Shown here: one piece after another, positions 9,285-20,332 of the stretch
Layout: each line of letters opens with the position of its first letter
How positions within the stretch are numbered: the first letter of the stretch is position 1
NCBI GenBank assembly: GCA_900128565.1
Contig: LT635955.1
Coordinates: 1 to 33,316, forward strand
DNA: 33,316 nucleotides
Source of the DNA: Stramenopiles sp. TOSAG23-6
Taxonomy: Eukaryota
Direction: 5' to 3'
The notes under the pieces: generated by a model
What the model was told of the DNA's origin: nothing
Seen by the model: only the letters and a program-made list of their open reading frames with translations
Databases searched by the model: none
Translations under genes and position numbers: made by a program

Positions 9285-12200
9285 ATGTCTAGTATACCGC
9301 ATTTAAAAACTCGATCTCCATCACGAAGAATGCCTTCGTCTCGTTCAAGAACAAGACGAGTTGCTTCACGACGGGCGCTATCACGACGCAGTGCAGTAGG
9401 CGATTGTGTTATTGAAGATGAGATCGATATGAAATATAAAACGAATGGTGTCAGAAGTCTGGGTCTGACACAACTAAAATTAGGAAAAACAGCAACGCAT
9501 GGCCCAAGTGTTTTGCTTAAAAAAATTGAAGTTGCACTTCTGAAAGCTGAAAAACATGATCCAAAAGCAATTAGAGAAAGTCACACAAACATAAAATGGA
9601 TAGATCCTGCGTTAATTTTTAATCACACAAAGAAAAGTCCGCGACTTCGGGAAATTAGAAACAAGAGTGTTACAGAATTAGCACAAAAAAGTAACAATGC
9701 TATAGAACAAAATGCACAAAATGAGAAGCTACAAAAGTACAACAACAATATACGAACAAGTTGGCCGCAAGTTCCACCAAGAGCAAAACAACAAGTAGGC
9801 GGTGGGATAGTTGAAAGCAAGATTCGTCGATTGTCATTGCAGGGTCCAAAATCATTATCTGGCACCTTGAAGAATGATTCTATAGCAGAAGGAATAGACA
9901 ACACTATAGTAGTTTCACCCAGAGATTTTTATTTACCCGCTGCAAATAAGATTGGATGTGCACCACTGCCCTCATTTTTCAACAATAAACGCAGTGGGTG
10001 GGATGCTTCTAATGGCCCACTATCAACGTCTACTATACGAAATCGACGAGCTATAGATCTTAATGATGGTAAATTGGGATCTCGCCAAATTTGTGCACTT
10101 TGTGCAACAATTAAAGCTTGGAGACATCAACAATTAACGAATCTAAAAGTTGGTGCTACTCTTCATATCCTCCGCCTGCGAGGAAACATTATTGATGGAG
10201 TAGCTTGTCGAGCTCTTTCCAATTCGTTAAAAGGAGTTACATCACTCAGAGAATTAGATTTAAGCTATAACCCTCTTGGGATTGGTTTCATTACTAGTGG
10301 TTTACTACAGGTCATTGAAAATTCTTTCATTCATACGTTAAATCTAGAATCTTGCAATTTAGGTGATGATGGAGTTTCTGCACTTGTAGCAATACTCCAA
10401 CCTACATGTAAAACATCTAAAACAAAATTGGTGAAAACAGCAAAACAAAATGCCAAGCGTGGAAAACAGGTGAAAGGGAACAAAAAAAATAATCTAGTAA
10501 ATCGTCAAAAAAAGAAAAACAAATCAAAAGTTGAAGTAAATGAAAATAATAGTAATTCTCATGAAACACCAAAAAAAGGAATTGCGCTTACCCTAAGACG
10601 TCTCAATCTCCGCAATAATAATATTCGTGCGGGTGGGTACTTTAGTTTGTATAAAGTACTGAAAAACAGTTCTGGGTTAGGAGCACTACACGAACTGTAT
10701 ATTGGTGGTGAACGAAACTCGTTGGTACAAAGAGCAGCGATCGTGGTTGCTGCTGGCTTATCCGAAAATAAAACTATACAAGTTATAGGGCTTAGTCATG
10801 CTGGATTTGGAAGAAATTCAAAGCCGCCAGTTTTGCCAAAGAAAACAACTGTTGCAATACCTTTAAAACCCGAAAAGAATAAAAAAGGGAGAGGTAAAAA
10901 AGGGAAAAAAAAGGAAGTAACACAACCCAAACCAACTTTTGTAAGAAAACCTACCATTGACATGTATGCAACAACGCCTTTAAAAGCTTTAGCAAAGTCA
11001 CTTGTAGCAAATAAAACACTCCAAATAGTAGATATATCATTCAATAACATCGGTGAGTCTTATAGTGGAAGTTATAGCGAACTTTCTGCTGCTTTTAAAG
11101 TAAATAAAACGCTCAATACAGTAAATTTATCAGGTAATGCTGTTATCATTCACAATGATGGGACATTAGTATCAAAACCAGAAAAATCATTACACGCGAT
11201 GTATAATAACAAAACTTCATATGCAAACATTCGTAGAAAATCAGCAGGGAAAACAGAAAAACATTTAGGAAACAATCATGTAGGCACTTGCAAAGTATTT
11301 GCTACTAGATTTTCTGGTCTTCCTTCACTTCCATGTTTCGAATCAATTGCTGATGAAGCGTGGCACACTCTACCAATGTGTTTCATCGCATCAGAGTGGG
11401 TTCCGCACATGTTTTACTTTATTCCGGGAATTTCTGGGGAATACTCTAGCAAGAAATCTACGAAACATTTAAAACAAGAAAAACAAAATAGGAATAAAAA
11501 GATAAGTAGTATCACACGTCGGAAAGTTACAAATAAATCTATACGTACAGGTGATTCTGTACATAATAAAGACCACCTGGAATCTAACGATATCAAGGTT
11601 CGAATATGGGACACTTCAGGGTGGCAAACTGAGGTACCACTGTCAATTGAAAAGCCTAACGACAGGCAGGCACTTCATTCAGTTCTAGCGGGTCGCATGC
11701 AGGACGCTGCAATGATGGTCCAAAAATATTGGTACCGCGTTAATATTATGAAACATTTTACCCGGCGATTGAATATTGCTGTATTTGAAGAAATGCCATT
11801 AACGGCATTAGGTCGAGCAAACTTGCGCAAAAACGAAGAATCCAAGTTTCGTCAAAAATTGTCTCTTCGGGTAAAAAACAAAGATCTCACAAATGCAGGT
11901 ATGAAAGCTAAACTGCGATCATGGAATATTGCGAAAGATGCTGAAGATACTGCGAGACAGAAACGGCTGGATGCTGCTATAGCACCAGATGAAGATCATG
12001 CTCTTTTTTATATGCGTAATCATTTAGCATCAAAATCTTTAAAGAAAGAAGAACCTTTTCCACACCGAGAAGAAGAAGATCCAATGGTTGTATCTTTAAA
12101 ATTAAAATATAGGCAAGCGTTGAAAAATGGAGTTGATATAGGTCAAATCGAAATAGATCGTATGAAAGACTTTTATGAAAGAAGCTGTAAAGGCATTAAT

Positions 12201-15200
12201 GTTGTACGTGCCTTTTCAACAGCATGCTCTGATGGAAATTGTGCAGTAGTCGCCAGAATGCTTAATAATGATGCAAACCCAAACGAAGTAGATGGAACTA
12301 TGACATCACCTTTGATGCATGCGATTCTTGGAAGGAAACCTAGTGTGATGATAGTGAAGCTCTTACGCGAAGCTGGGGCTGACTTGAACCACGTGAACAA
12401 AAGAGGACGGACAGCATTACATGCCGCGTTTAAAATTGAAAATGTTGAAATTGCAGCTTATCTCATCATACACGGCGCTACGGAATATTTTGACTTATCA
12501 TGGAGGAGACCAAGTGATATGCACAAGATATTTGCTGATAGTGTCTCAAAACTAGTGGAAAAAATCAAAATGGGTACTTTTCAATTGCAACTGTGGATGC
12601 GCAATCAAGAATGTGATAATCTCATATTGAATGAAGGAAAAGAATCTGCAATCAAACTTACAAAAGTGAAGTTCAAGTGTGCAGGTATAGGAAGTCTATA
12701 TCGTGTTACTCCTGCTAAAAATAAATCACGTAGTGTAATTGGTACTTCTGCGAAAAGTAAACTGGTACAAACAAAACGGACTCCCTTTGTCGTTTCTACA
12801 ATAGTTCCACCTCAACCGAATCAGTTGCGTTACCAGTTTAAAGTGAATCATCTACCAATTGTTGCTGCAGACCAAAAATCTATTGTGACCAATGTTCCCC
12901 CTTATCCAACTCCATTACCTTTACCCAATAGAAAAATGAGAAAGTCCAAAACACTGACTAAAGTGTCGCCTCAAACGGATAAAGTAACCAAAAATCGGAA
13001 TGAATCTGATTTATTTCTTAGTGTAGGGGCAGATGACATTCGAACATGTCAAGCAATGCTCACAAAGGGTACAAATCCTAACTGCCAAAACAATCAAAAA
13101 CAAACTCCGATATTCAAAGCATGCTGGTATGGTTCACTTGATATTGTTTGTCTCCTGGTTTCGGCAGGCGCAAAGATAGATCATTTTGATATCAAAGGCT
13201 GTAGCTGTTTACACATGGCGTTTGAGAGAAACCAAAAGCATGTCATCGATTATTTGCTAAGGATAGATGGAGTAGATGCATTGGCTGATAAACCAAATGA
13301 GTTGGGCGTAACACCCCGACAGTTAACCTCGCTCTTTGGAAAAGGTTATGACAAGTCTTTATCTTGGTTTATTGGGGCCCGAAAAGCTGTAAAGAATGGT
13401 GTTTCTTTACTGAAAAAGCGCAATGATGAACGGATCAAGCAGACTGAACACGTAATGTGTTCAAAATTTCAGGGTAAAAAAGCGATAAAGGGTCGTCATT
13501 CAAATGATCGATCAAGAATTTCGCGTATTAATTTTGCATTTGCAAAGCCTTGGGGGAAACGTGATATTTTTGTCTACGCGCAAACTTTAATTAGACAAGA
13601 GAGAGTACGAGCAAATAGTATGCGAGAGAAAGAATCAATCAGACGCCACCACTTGACGGAGACAAAACATGAAGTCAAACCAGAAGGAATCAGCCTCACC
13701 GAAGTTTTATTGGGTGTTGAAAATGATGTACCAGAAGTAACAACTGAAGGTATTTCAGAAGATACCGCTGCAACACGAATCCAATCTTTGCACCGAGGTC
13801 GAATGTGTCGCAGACGAACATTCCAACAATTAAAGGAGCATAAGCGAGTCTTGGTTTCAAAGCATAAGGGTTGGCTTCCAGAAGACTGGGCCATTCATGC
13901 CGCTAAATTTAATGAAGTAGAAGAAGAAATACACAAAATCATGTTAAGTCCTTCGCGTTTACGATCTCTATGGTCTATTTTAGATTCAGATGATAGCGGG
14001 ACGTGTTCTTTAAATGAGATAAAGGAATTCTTTCAGAAAAAATGGAACCTTCTCTATATACCAGAAGCCATACATTGTGCGTATTTGGAAGACACTAGTT
14101 CTCACGACGGTCGTATCGAGGAATTAAAGAAGCAGAAGTTTTGTTCTCTGCTCAAGAACATAATGTCATTCTGTCGAATTTGGGATGCATTAGATGGAGC
14201 AGACACAAATGGTAATAGAAATATAGAGTCCCGAGAGCTTAAAGTTGTGCTATCTCGACTTGGTATTAGTATGGATAAAGCTGTATCCTCCGCAGCATTT
14301 AGGCATATATACAAGGGCGGTGGTGCAAAATTGAGTGAGCTCCGTGATTGGTATAGTATGTGGCTAGCAAAGTTTACTACAAGGAAACTAAAAAAACGAA
14401 GGAGAAACTCATATACTTCAGATACCACAAGAGACAAAAAAGAAACAACCGCATTAATTAAGGCAGTTGAAAGCGAACCTTTGGATGTATTCAAACCAAA
14501 ATTGAAAGCACATGTAATCGCAACTTTATCTATGAATGAGTTGCAGAAAGAATGTGAAAATCGGGGTTTACCTCAGATGGGTAGTATGTATATCCTGAAG
14601 CAGCGTTTGCGTCTTTTCATTTTTAATATAGAAACATCATCGAAATCAGGATTATCCAAACATAAAGCTGCGACAAAAATACAGAGTTTTCATCGAAGTT
14701 GCTCAACGCGACGCAGGCTTACTTCCAATATGAAATCTTCCAAAGTCTCGAAAGAAAAGGTTCCACTTAAAAAATATTTATACGATGCATCGTGCAGACG
14801 ACATTATACCCTTTTACCTCAAATGGAAGCTACAGACAATACAAAATACTTTAGCGTCACCACTTTCACGGTCAACACCGCAAGATTTGAATGTGCCAAA
14901 TGTATGATACGTTTCCCTCGAGTACAAGATTTTCGTAAACATATATGTATCAATGAACCAAAAAAAGAACCGCGAAAATTCCCTGGATTTTTTAGCCCAG
15001 AGGAGCTGAATGGGTCAAAACAGGAGGAGTGGAGCGGCTGGATCACTCAGCGTTTTGGATCAGTACCATATTTCCACCAAATTAAAGGTTGGCCGATTAG
15101 AGACTTTGAGGACCATGTCAGAACTCAGAAGTCGACGAAACTAAAGAAAAAGAAACGAAATCCACCGAAGCCTGCGGATTCTTCATCTGTAGAGCTGAAA

Positions 15201-16187
15201 AAAAAACCAAAAAAACGAAACATTCAAACAGAAATCCCACTTACCGCAACGCCATGGTGGTTGTGGCGTTTTGGTCAAATTGAAAATGACTTAGTCGATT
15301 CTTTTCACGCTCTAAGTAGAAAGAAACCTAGAAAGGTAACACGCTCACTAACTACATTAATAGAATGTTGGCATGAAATTGACCCTGATCCTTCTGGGAG
15401 TGATTACATAGGACCTATCACTGTTGTATTGCCTTTCATTACAAAATTAGTGCGCGATAGATACCCTGTACTTTACACATCTGGGACGCGTCTCAATTCA
15501 ATAACTGGGCCAATTTCTCAAGCATTTAATGCAACACTACGCGAAGCGAAAAAGCCGATGTACGCTAAGCTGATACCAAATGAGAAAAAGGAAGGTTATA
15601 TATATAGTCAGCATATAGGTTTATTACTCAGAAATTTATTTTTCTATTGCAGCATAGAACAAATGTTTAGAATGTTATTCCCCGATTGGCGCAGCGGTAC
15701 AAAACATATCCCAAAAACAATTACAAAACAAAAGGGAGAAAAATATAAAGAAAAAAAAGAATCCCATCTCGGGAGAGCGATCGATAAGAAAGAAGTACCG
15801 GAAGTAGTCGATCGTAAGTATCACGACGCAGCAATAATTATTCAATCAATCCAACGTGGCATATTTGTTCGACAGGGAGACATGACACAGAAGTCACCAG
15901 ATTTTACTAGCATCCAAATGAAATATACTGATGCGACACACTGCCGTATGACTTACAAATTGTTCAAAGATGCTCGCGTAATGATGAACATGACTCCGGG
16001 GGCTTCAAATAAAACCCTAGATGGAAATGATGGGAAAGCATTGAGAATGTTTGCAAAAATTGCCGTGGAACCAGGTAAAAGTATTAGGAAGAAATTTTCC
16101 AGTACATACCTCGAAAAGATTGCAGTAAATGGAAGTTGCTCTTTTGAAAATTTCATTAATTGGTTGAAAAAGACCAGAGTTTGGTGA
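9285..16187 (+). CDS. 2300-aa multidomain protein: RNI-like LRRs, two ankyrin clusters, four IQ-like motifs, EF-hand (calflagin-like) modules, SAP-like motif, C2H2-like finger
   Basis: LRELDLSYNPLG and IHTLNLESCNLGDDG (LRR); GADLNHVNKRGRTALHAA and QKQTPIFKAC (ANK); AATRIQSLHRGRMCRR (IQ); DSDDSGTCSLNE and DTNGNRNIESRE (EF loops); LSMNELQKECENRGL (SAP); FECAKCMIRF...FRKHIC. Uninterrupted ORF. Confidence 0.85.
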   Translation: MSSIPHLKTRSPSRRMPSSRSRTRRVASRRALSRRSAVGDCVIEDEIDMKYKTNGVRSLGLTQLKLGKTATHGPSVLLKKIEVALLKAEKHDPKAIRESHTNIKWIDPALIFNHTKKSPRLREIRNKSVTELAQKSNNAIEQNAQNEKLQKYNNNIRTSWPQVPPRAKQQVGGGIVESKIRRLSLQGPKSLSGTLKNDSIAEGIDNTIVVSPRDFYLPAANKIGCAPLPSFFNNKRSGWDASNGPLSTSTIRNRRAIDLNDGKLGSRQICALCATIKAWRHQQLTNLKVGATLHILRLRGNIIDGVACRALSNSLKGVTSLRELDLSYNPLGIGFITSGLLQVIENSFIHTLNLESCNLGDDGVSALVAILQPTCKTSKTKLVKTAKQNAKRGKQVKGNKKNNLVNRQKKKNKSKVEVNENNSNSHETPKKGIALTLRRLNLRNNNIRAGGYFSLYKVLKNSSGLGALHELYIGGERNSLVQRAAIVVAAGLSENKTIQVIGLSHAGFGRNSKPPVLPKKTTVAIPLKPEKNKKGRGKKGKKKEVTQPKPTFVRKPTIDMYATTPLKALAKSLVANKTLQIVDISFNNIGESYSGSYSELSAAFKVNKTLNTVNLSGNAVIIHNDGTLVSKPEKSLHAMYNNKTSYANIRRKSAGKTEKHLGNNHVGTCKVFATRFSGLPSLPCFESIADEAWHTLPMCFIASEWVPHMFYFIPGISGEYSSKKSTKHLKQEKQNRNKKISSITRRKVTNKSIRTGDSVHNKDHLESNDIKVRIWDTSGWQTEVPLSIEKPNDRQALHSVLAGRMQDAAMMVQKYWYRVNIMKHFTRRLNIAVFEEMPLTALGRANLRKNEESKFRQKLSLRVKNKDLTNAGMKAKLRSWNIAKDAEDTARQKRLDAAIAPDEDHALFYMRNHLASKSLKKEEPFPHREEEDPMVVSLKLKYRQALKNGVDIGQIEIDRMKDFYERSCKGINVVRAFSTACSDGNCAVVARMLNNDANPNEVDGTMTSPLMHAILGRKPSVMIVKLLREAGADLNHVNKRGRTALHAAFKIENVEIAAYLIIHGATEYFDLSWRRPSDMHKIFADSVSKLVEKIKMGTFQLQLWMRNQECDNLILNEGKESAIKLTKVKFKCAGIGSLYRVTPAKNKSRSVIGTSAKSKLVQTKRTPFVVSTIVPPQPNQLRYQFKVNHLPIVAADQKSIVTNVPPYPTPLPLPNRKMRKSKTLTKVSPQTDKVTKNRNESDLFLSVGADDIRTCQAMLTKGTNPNCQNNQKQTPIFKACWYGSLDIVCLLVSAGAKIDHFDIKGCSCLHMAFERNQKHVIDYLLRIDGVDALADKPNELGVTPRQLTSLFGKGYDKSLSWFIGARKAVKNGVSLLKKRNDERIKQTEHVMCSKFQGKKAIKGRHSNDRSRISRINFAFAKPWGKRDIFVYAQTLIRQERVRANSMREKESIRRHHLTETKHEVKPEGISLTEVLLGVENDVPEVTTEGISEDTAATRIQSLHRGRMCRRRTFQQLKEHKRVLVSKHKGWLPEDWAIHAAKFNEVEEEIHKIMLSPSRLRSLWSILDSDDSGTCSLNEIKEFFQKKWNLLYIPEAIHCAYLEDTSSHDGRIEELKKQKFCSLLKNIMSFCRIWDALDGADTNGNRNIESRELKVVLSRLGISMDKAVSSAAFRHIYKGGGAKLSELRDWYSMWLAKFTTRKLKKRRRNSYTSDTTRDKKETTALIKAVESEPLDVFKPKLKAHVIATLSMNELQKECENRGLPQMGSMYILKQRLRLFIFNIETSSKSGLSKHKAATKIQSFHRSCSTRRRLTSNMKSSKVSKEKVPLKKYLYDASCRRHYTLLPQMEATDNTKYFSVTTFTVNTARFECAKCMIRFPRVQDFRKHICINEPKKEPRKFPGFFSPEELNGSKQEEWSGWITQRFGSVPYFHQIKGWPIRDFEDHVRTQKSTKLKKKKRNPPKPADSSSVELKKKPKKRNIQTEIPLTATPWWLWRFGQIENDLVDSFHALSRKKPRKVTRSLTTLIECWHEIDPDPSGSDYIGPITVVLPFITKLVRDRYPVLYTSGTRLNSITGPISQAFNATLREAKKPMYAKLIPNEKKEGYIYSQHIGLLLRNLFFYCSIEQMFRMLFPDWRSGTKHIPKTITKQKGEKYKEKKESHLGRAIDKKEVPEVVDRKYHDAAIIIQSIQRGIFVRQGDMTQKSPDFTSIQMKYTDATHCRMTYKLFKDARVMMNMTPGASNKTLDGNDGKALRMFAKIAVEPGKSIRKKFSSTYLEKIAVNGSCSFENFINWLKKTRVW

Positions 16188-16330
16188 ATTTTTAATAAAA
16201 TTATATTACCACTCTTTAGTTTATTCATTGAAACATAAATAAACTAATATGAACAAAAAAAGCCTAAAAGATAAGAGTGAAATTGAAAAGAAATGTAAAA
16301 TGTAAAATACAATAATTAAATGAAATAAAT

Positions 16331-19300
16331 TTATCTTGAAGAACAACAATTAATACATGTTGAACTAGATTGAGAAACATCGTCAATCTTCCCAGTTGTA
16401 GCACATTGCGGAACATTTGCATTTTTATTGTTATCTGTTGATCGCAGACATGTCCATCCCCATTTATTTGGTCCACCTCTTGTATCTTCACATGATTCTT
16501 GTAATCTTTTGCGCGATATACAACCTGAACAATCTATACTTATCAAACTATAGCCTTCTAACGGTGACGACTTATCATTACCAACTTCAGTAAACTTATG
16601 CAAAGTAGAACAAGTTCCTAGAGTCGAAGTACCTAAAAGGTCTTGCAAAGCAGTCTTACTACAATCAGCTTCAAATGAAGTTATCATCCCCGAGTCACAT
16701 GTAGTACCAGAAAACCACTGAAGATTCAATCGAAGATTTGTTTCAGAGGCTTTTACCATCACAGAAATATTATTGCCAGCACCTGTACCTGCACCAGAGC
16801 AAACTCCCAACTGTAACACCGAGAATATTGCACTTGTGCCCACACAGTTCATGTCATTGGTAACAAAAAGACTAATGGTGATTTCATGAGGAGTGGTATC
16901 TGAGAGCAGTATTTTATCACCTATTTTGCCCCCATGAGGTTTACTAGTCCGAACATAAGTAAGAGTTGTGTTGGGAGATCCAACACTCAATGAATTCGAA
17001 TGAAGCTTCATCAATGTATCCACCTTCACTCCATATGGAGCCCCAGCATATGCCCCATCACTTCCATCGCTGCTAGTTTGTGATGCACCACCATCAACGA
17101 GCCAAGTGGCACTTGGGTCTGCAAATCGTAGAAATTGACCAATTGTAAACGTCTCAGTGTGATCACCCTGGACGTAAAAAGCATACGGACTTGGTTTAAC
17201 ACGTTCTTGTCCTTTTGATGATGTGTTTAATTGACTAATTGTCAGTCCTACAGACGTCCATAATGAAGTAGTGTGAAATTGACGACCTGAGAGGATCATT
17301 ACATTAAGGTGTGTTTGATTTGGTTTGACAGCTGTTGATGACCCTGGAACTGTAGCTTGTGTGGCAGCAGATGCAAAATCTTCAGCGTAACAGTATACAT
17401 TCAATGGTGTATGCATAGGGAGACCTGTAAGTTTCATACTCATTACATCACTTGCGTTTACAATATTAATATTTGAACCAAATCCAACTATACCACCTTC
17501 CCCAATTGCACCACCACCAGAAGCTTTTACCTGTGCTGTTGAAGGAACTTGCTTGTCTTTCTGAAAGGCTGCATCATCTGCATATGACTGCCAAATACCC
17601 GGTGACCATGTATTACTCTCCCACACACTAGGCGGCGAGGTTGCTGCACAATGTTTAGCCAGACTTGTACCAGCTGGTAAACTACTGTCGTACTTACCAG
17701 TGCATGTACCTCGAGACAAGCATGTCGTTTTGGATGTAAAACAAACAGATAAAGCCTTTGTTGGAAGATTTGTACCAGTGGCGGTATAACAAGTCCCACA
17801 TTGAGATTTTGAAGATGCACTTGCATCTGTTGTACACAACCCTTCTGGCTCCAGTGCAGCAGCACACCATACTTTAGACACCTCACTTACTTTTAGTTTG
17901 AGTTCGATCACCGATGCACTTACTATCTGTGTTCCTTCAAATTTCACGACTGGTGGAGTTACATCTGCTGAAACAATACTGACTTTAGAGCTTATTACTG
18001 CTGATGCAGATGTTTCAGTCGCAATCCTAGGAATAGAATTGACATTATCAGTTGATATGGGAGCATCTGTAGCAGTACAAAATAAATCATAGTTTTGTTG
18101 GTCATCTAAATTCAAGATTTTTATTGATCTAGTTGTAGAAGCAACAGTACCTAGTGTACCGCCACTTATAGCAGGACTATTGAGAGCACGACAACATCGA
18201 AAAGGCGTATATCCTGGAGCTAAATCAGCACTTCGTGTAAACGGCCGACCATGTGAGACGCCCCAATCTGGTTTTGGAATATTTGTTTCTGTTGCTGTAT
18301 AACATGATGTATTTTTTCCAGGACCCCCTGTATCTCCTACAGAGACCCATTCATTAAATGTGTCCCCTATAGGCGACCATGCTTCTACACCAGGAAAAGC
18401 ACCACCACATGGTATCGTTCCATCGCCTTTCGGACAATAATCAACTTTATTACATAACACACGCCCACGGGCAACGCAATAATTACGTGCAGCAATCCAG
18501 CCAAGGTATCCTTCATTCAGATACTGTACAGTAGCTAAAGCTGTATCGGCTGATAGTGGTGAGTTATTATTATTATTTACGGAATAAGAATAAGTACATG
18601 CTGAGTCTGCAGAATCAGGTAAAGGTCTCGCCAACGATACACAACGAGCAAATACCTGTGCACGTTTGTTTATTGCAGTAAAGCTACATGTATCATTCCA
18701 TTCACTTGAGGTTTTTGTAGGCTGTAATGAATGAAGCCCAGTACAACCTGCGGGATCAGTAGAATAACATGAGCAACCAACAGCCTCGTAATCCACTGGA
18801 CATATTGCTGATCGTAGGCCAGTGCATTGTCCAGGTGGCCCTGTTGAGTTACATGGTTGACTTTCCGCAACAGTTCCACCTATACTTACACCAACGAGCC
18901 CAGCATGCCTCCGACACGTCAAACGCGCGAATACTATAGTTGACGATGTAGCTGTAACAACGCATGTGTTCAAAGCCTTACCAGCATTGTCACCAATACC
19001 ATTATTATTAACATCTACATCCCATTTGGCACCATAGCAATCGGAGGGCACAGTACATTCACATTTGTAAGGAACCCATGAGACATTTTGCCCACTAGAA
19101 TCTTTGGAATCTTCGGGACATTTCGCTACACTATTGGTATCTACAATACCTTCACTTGGAGTTCCAGTTATCACTTGAAGCTCATCTGACGCAACCCAAC
19201 CACCATACCCTTTAATTTCTATATCAGCTATTGCTGAGAGAGACCCAACAGCTCCTCTATATCGTATAACTGTGTAACATTGGCGGAACTGTTTTGTTCT

Positions 19301-19906
19301 GCTGGATAACTCTGCTGAAATCCACTTGTTAGATTCTACACCATCATCCAGCATAGGTTTGCTTAATTTCTCATAAACACTATCTAGTTGTGTAGCACCC
19401 TCGAAAAATCCACCCTCAGTGGATACAGCACCACCACTACCATCACTTTTTCTTCGAAATTGAATCTCAGTAATGACATAACAACCGTTTAGTTGTAAAA
19501 CAACATATGCATTTGTATCAGTTCCTTCACCTTGGAAAAATGTATCTTTATCACCATCAAAAGCATTCGCATACGAAGTTGCATCACTCTTTCCAAATCC
19601 TGTGTATGTACCAGATAATTTATGAGCTGGACGGAAGACACCGCCACTAAATTGGTGTACTTGTATCGGAGTTGGAGGAGTGGCGCTATAGGAAGGTAAC
19701 ACTTCATCTGTTGTGACAGCGGTACACCAAGCATGGCCAGGTTCATTTAAAGTGACAGAAACAGACAAACTCCCACCTGATATAGCTGTGGTTGGGACAT
19801 CCAAACCAGTAAAAGATGGTGCACCTGAAAAAGTATTTGAAAATAAAGAAAGCGCAATAACCAAGAAAACTACTGCGAAATTGTTCCGAATAAAAGTATA
19901 TTGCAT
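16331..19906 (-). CDS. Secreted cysteine-rich protein with galactose-binding-like (F5/8C-type) domain
   Basis: Hydrophobic N-terminus (FAVVFLVIALSLFSNTFS), NAFDGDKDTFF discoidin-like motif, many Cys-rich modules (CPVDYEAVGCSC), and a repeated V..(N/S)E....WC.A...(Y)D(L/V)FC/YC module. No clear TM anchor. Confidence 0.75.
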   Translation of the reverse strand: MQYTFIRNNFAVVFLVIALSLFSNTFSGAPSFTGLDVPTTAISGGSLSVSVTLNEPGHAWCTAVTTDEVLPSYSATPPTPIQVHQFSGGVFRPAHKLSGTYTGFGKSDATSYANAFDGDKDTFFQGEGTDTNAYVVLQLNGCYVITEIQFRRKSDGSGGAVSTEGGFFEGATQLDSVYEKLSKPMLDDGVESNKWISAELSSRTKQFRQCYTVIRYRGAVGSLSAIADIEIKGYGGWVASDELQVITGTPSEGIVDTNSVAKCPEDSKDSSGQNVSWVPYKCECTVPSDCYGAKWDVDVNNNGIGDNAGKALNTCVVTATSSTIVFARLTCRRHAGLVGVSIGGTVAESQPCNSTGPPGQCTGLRSAICPVDYEAVGCSCYSTDPAGCTGLHSLQPTKTSSEWNDTCSFTAINKRAQVFARCVSLARPLPDSADSACTYSYSVNNNNNSPLSADTALATVQYLNEGYLGWIAARNYCVARGRVLCNKVDYCPKGDGTIPCGGAFPGVEAWSPIGDTFNEWVSVGDTGGPGKNTSCYTATETNIPKPDWGVSHGRPFTRSADLAPGYTPFRCCRALNSPAISGGTLGTVASTTRSIKILNLDDQQNYDLFCTATDAPISTDNVNSIPRIATETSASAVISSKVSIVSADVTPPVVKFEGTQIVSASVIELKLKVSEVSKVWCAAALEPEGLCTTDASASSKSQCGTCYTATGTNLPTKALSVCFTSKTTCLSRGTCTGKYDSSLPAGTSLAKHCAATSPPSVWESNTWSPGIWQSYADDAAFQKDKQVPSTAQVKASGGGAIGEGGIVGFGSNINIVNASDVMSMKLTGLPMHTPLNVYCYAEDFASAATQATVPGSSTAVKPNQTHLNVMILSGRQFHTTSLWTSVGLTISQLNTSSKGQERVKPSPYAFYVQGDHTETFTIGQFLRFADPSATWLVDGGASQTSSDGSDGAYAGAPYGVKVDTLMKLHSNSLSVGSPNTTLTYVRTSKPHGGKIGDKILLSDTTPHEITISLFVTNDMNCVGTSAIFSVLQLGVCSGAGTGAGNNISVMVKASETNLRLNLQWFSGTTCDSGMITSFEADCSKTALQDLLGTSTLGTCSTLHKFTEVGNDKSSPLEGYSLISIDCSGCISRKRLQESCEDTRGGPNKWGWTCLRSTDNNKNANVPQCATTGKIDDVSQSSSTCINCCSSR

Positions 19907-20332
19907 TGCCTTATTAGCCTATACGTATTTTATCTATATTGATTATGACCCTAAAGAAGCATTTAAAATGTCCAAAATTACAAACTATATGAAAGCAGAA
20001 GATGGCACATGTCTTTACCCTCTTACAAGTTATATCGGTCAGTAAGAAGTGTTCCTAGTATGAAAAGAGACTGATGATAGGGAAAAAAAGTGACCAACAG
20101 TTACGTTTAGGACCTTGATTACTAACAGACACAGATTGATTGCGATTGCATTGATTTTATTTCGTGTTGTCGTGTCGTCGTGTCAAACAAAAACGAATTT
20201 TTTCAGAGATGTGATTGGAAACTATCCTCCTGTTCTCGATATACGTACTGCTTTAGGTAATAAAGCTGACGGACGATCTCAGTTCGGTGTTTTAACTTTT
20301 GAGAATCTGTCCCAAGTGGATCATTTAAAAAT

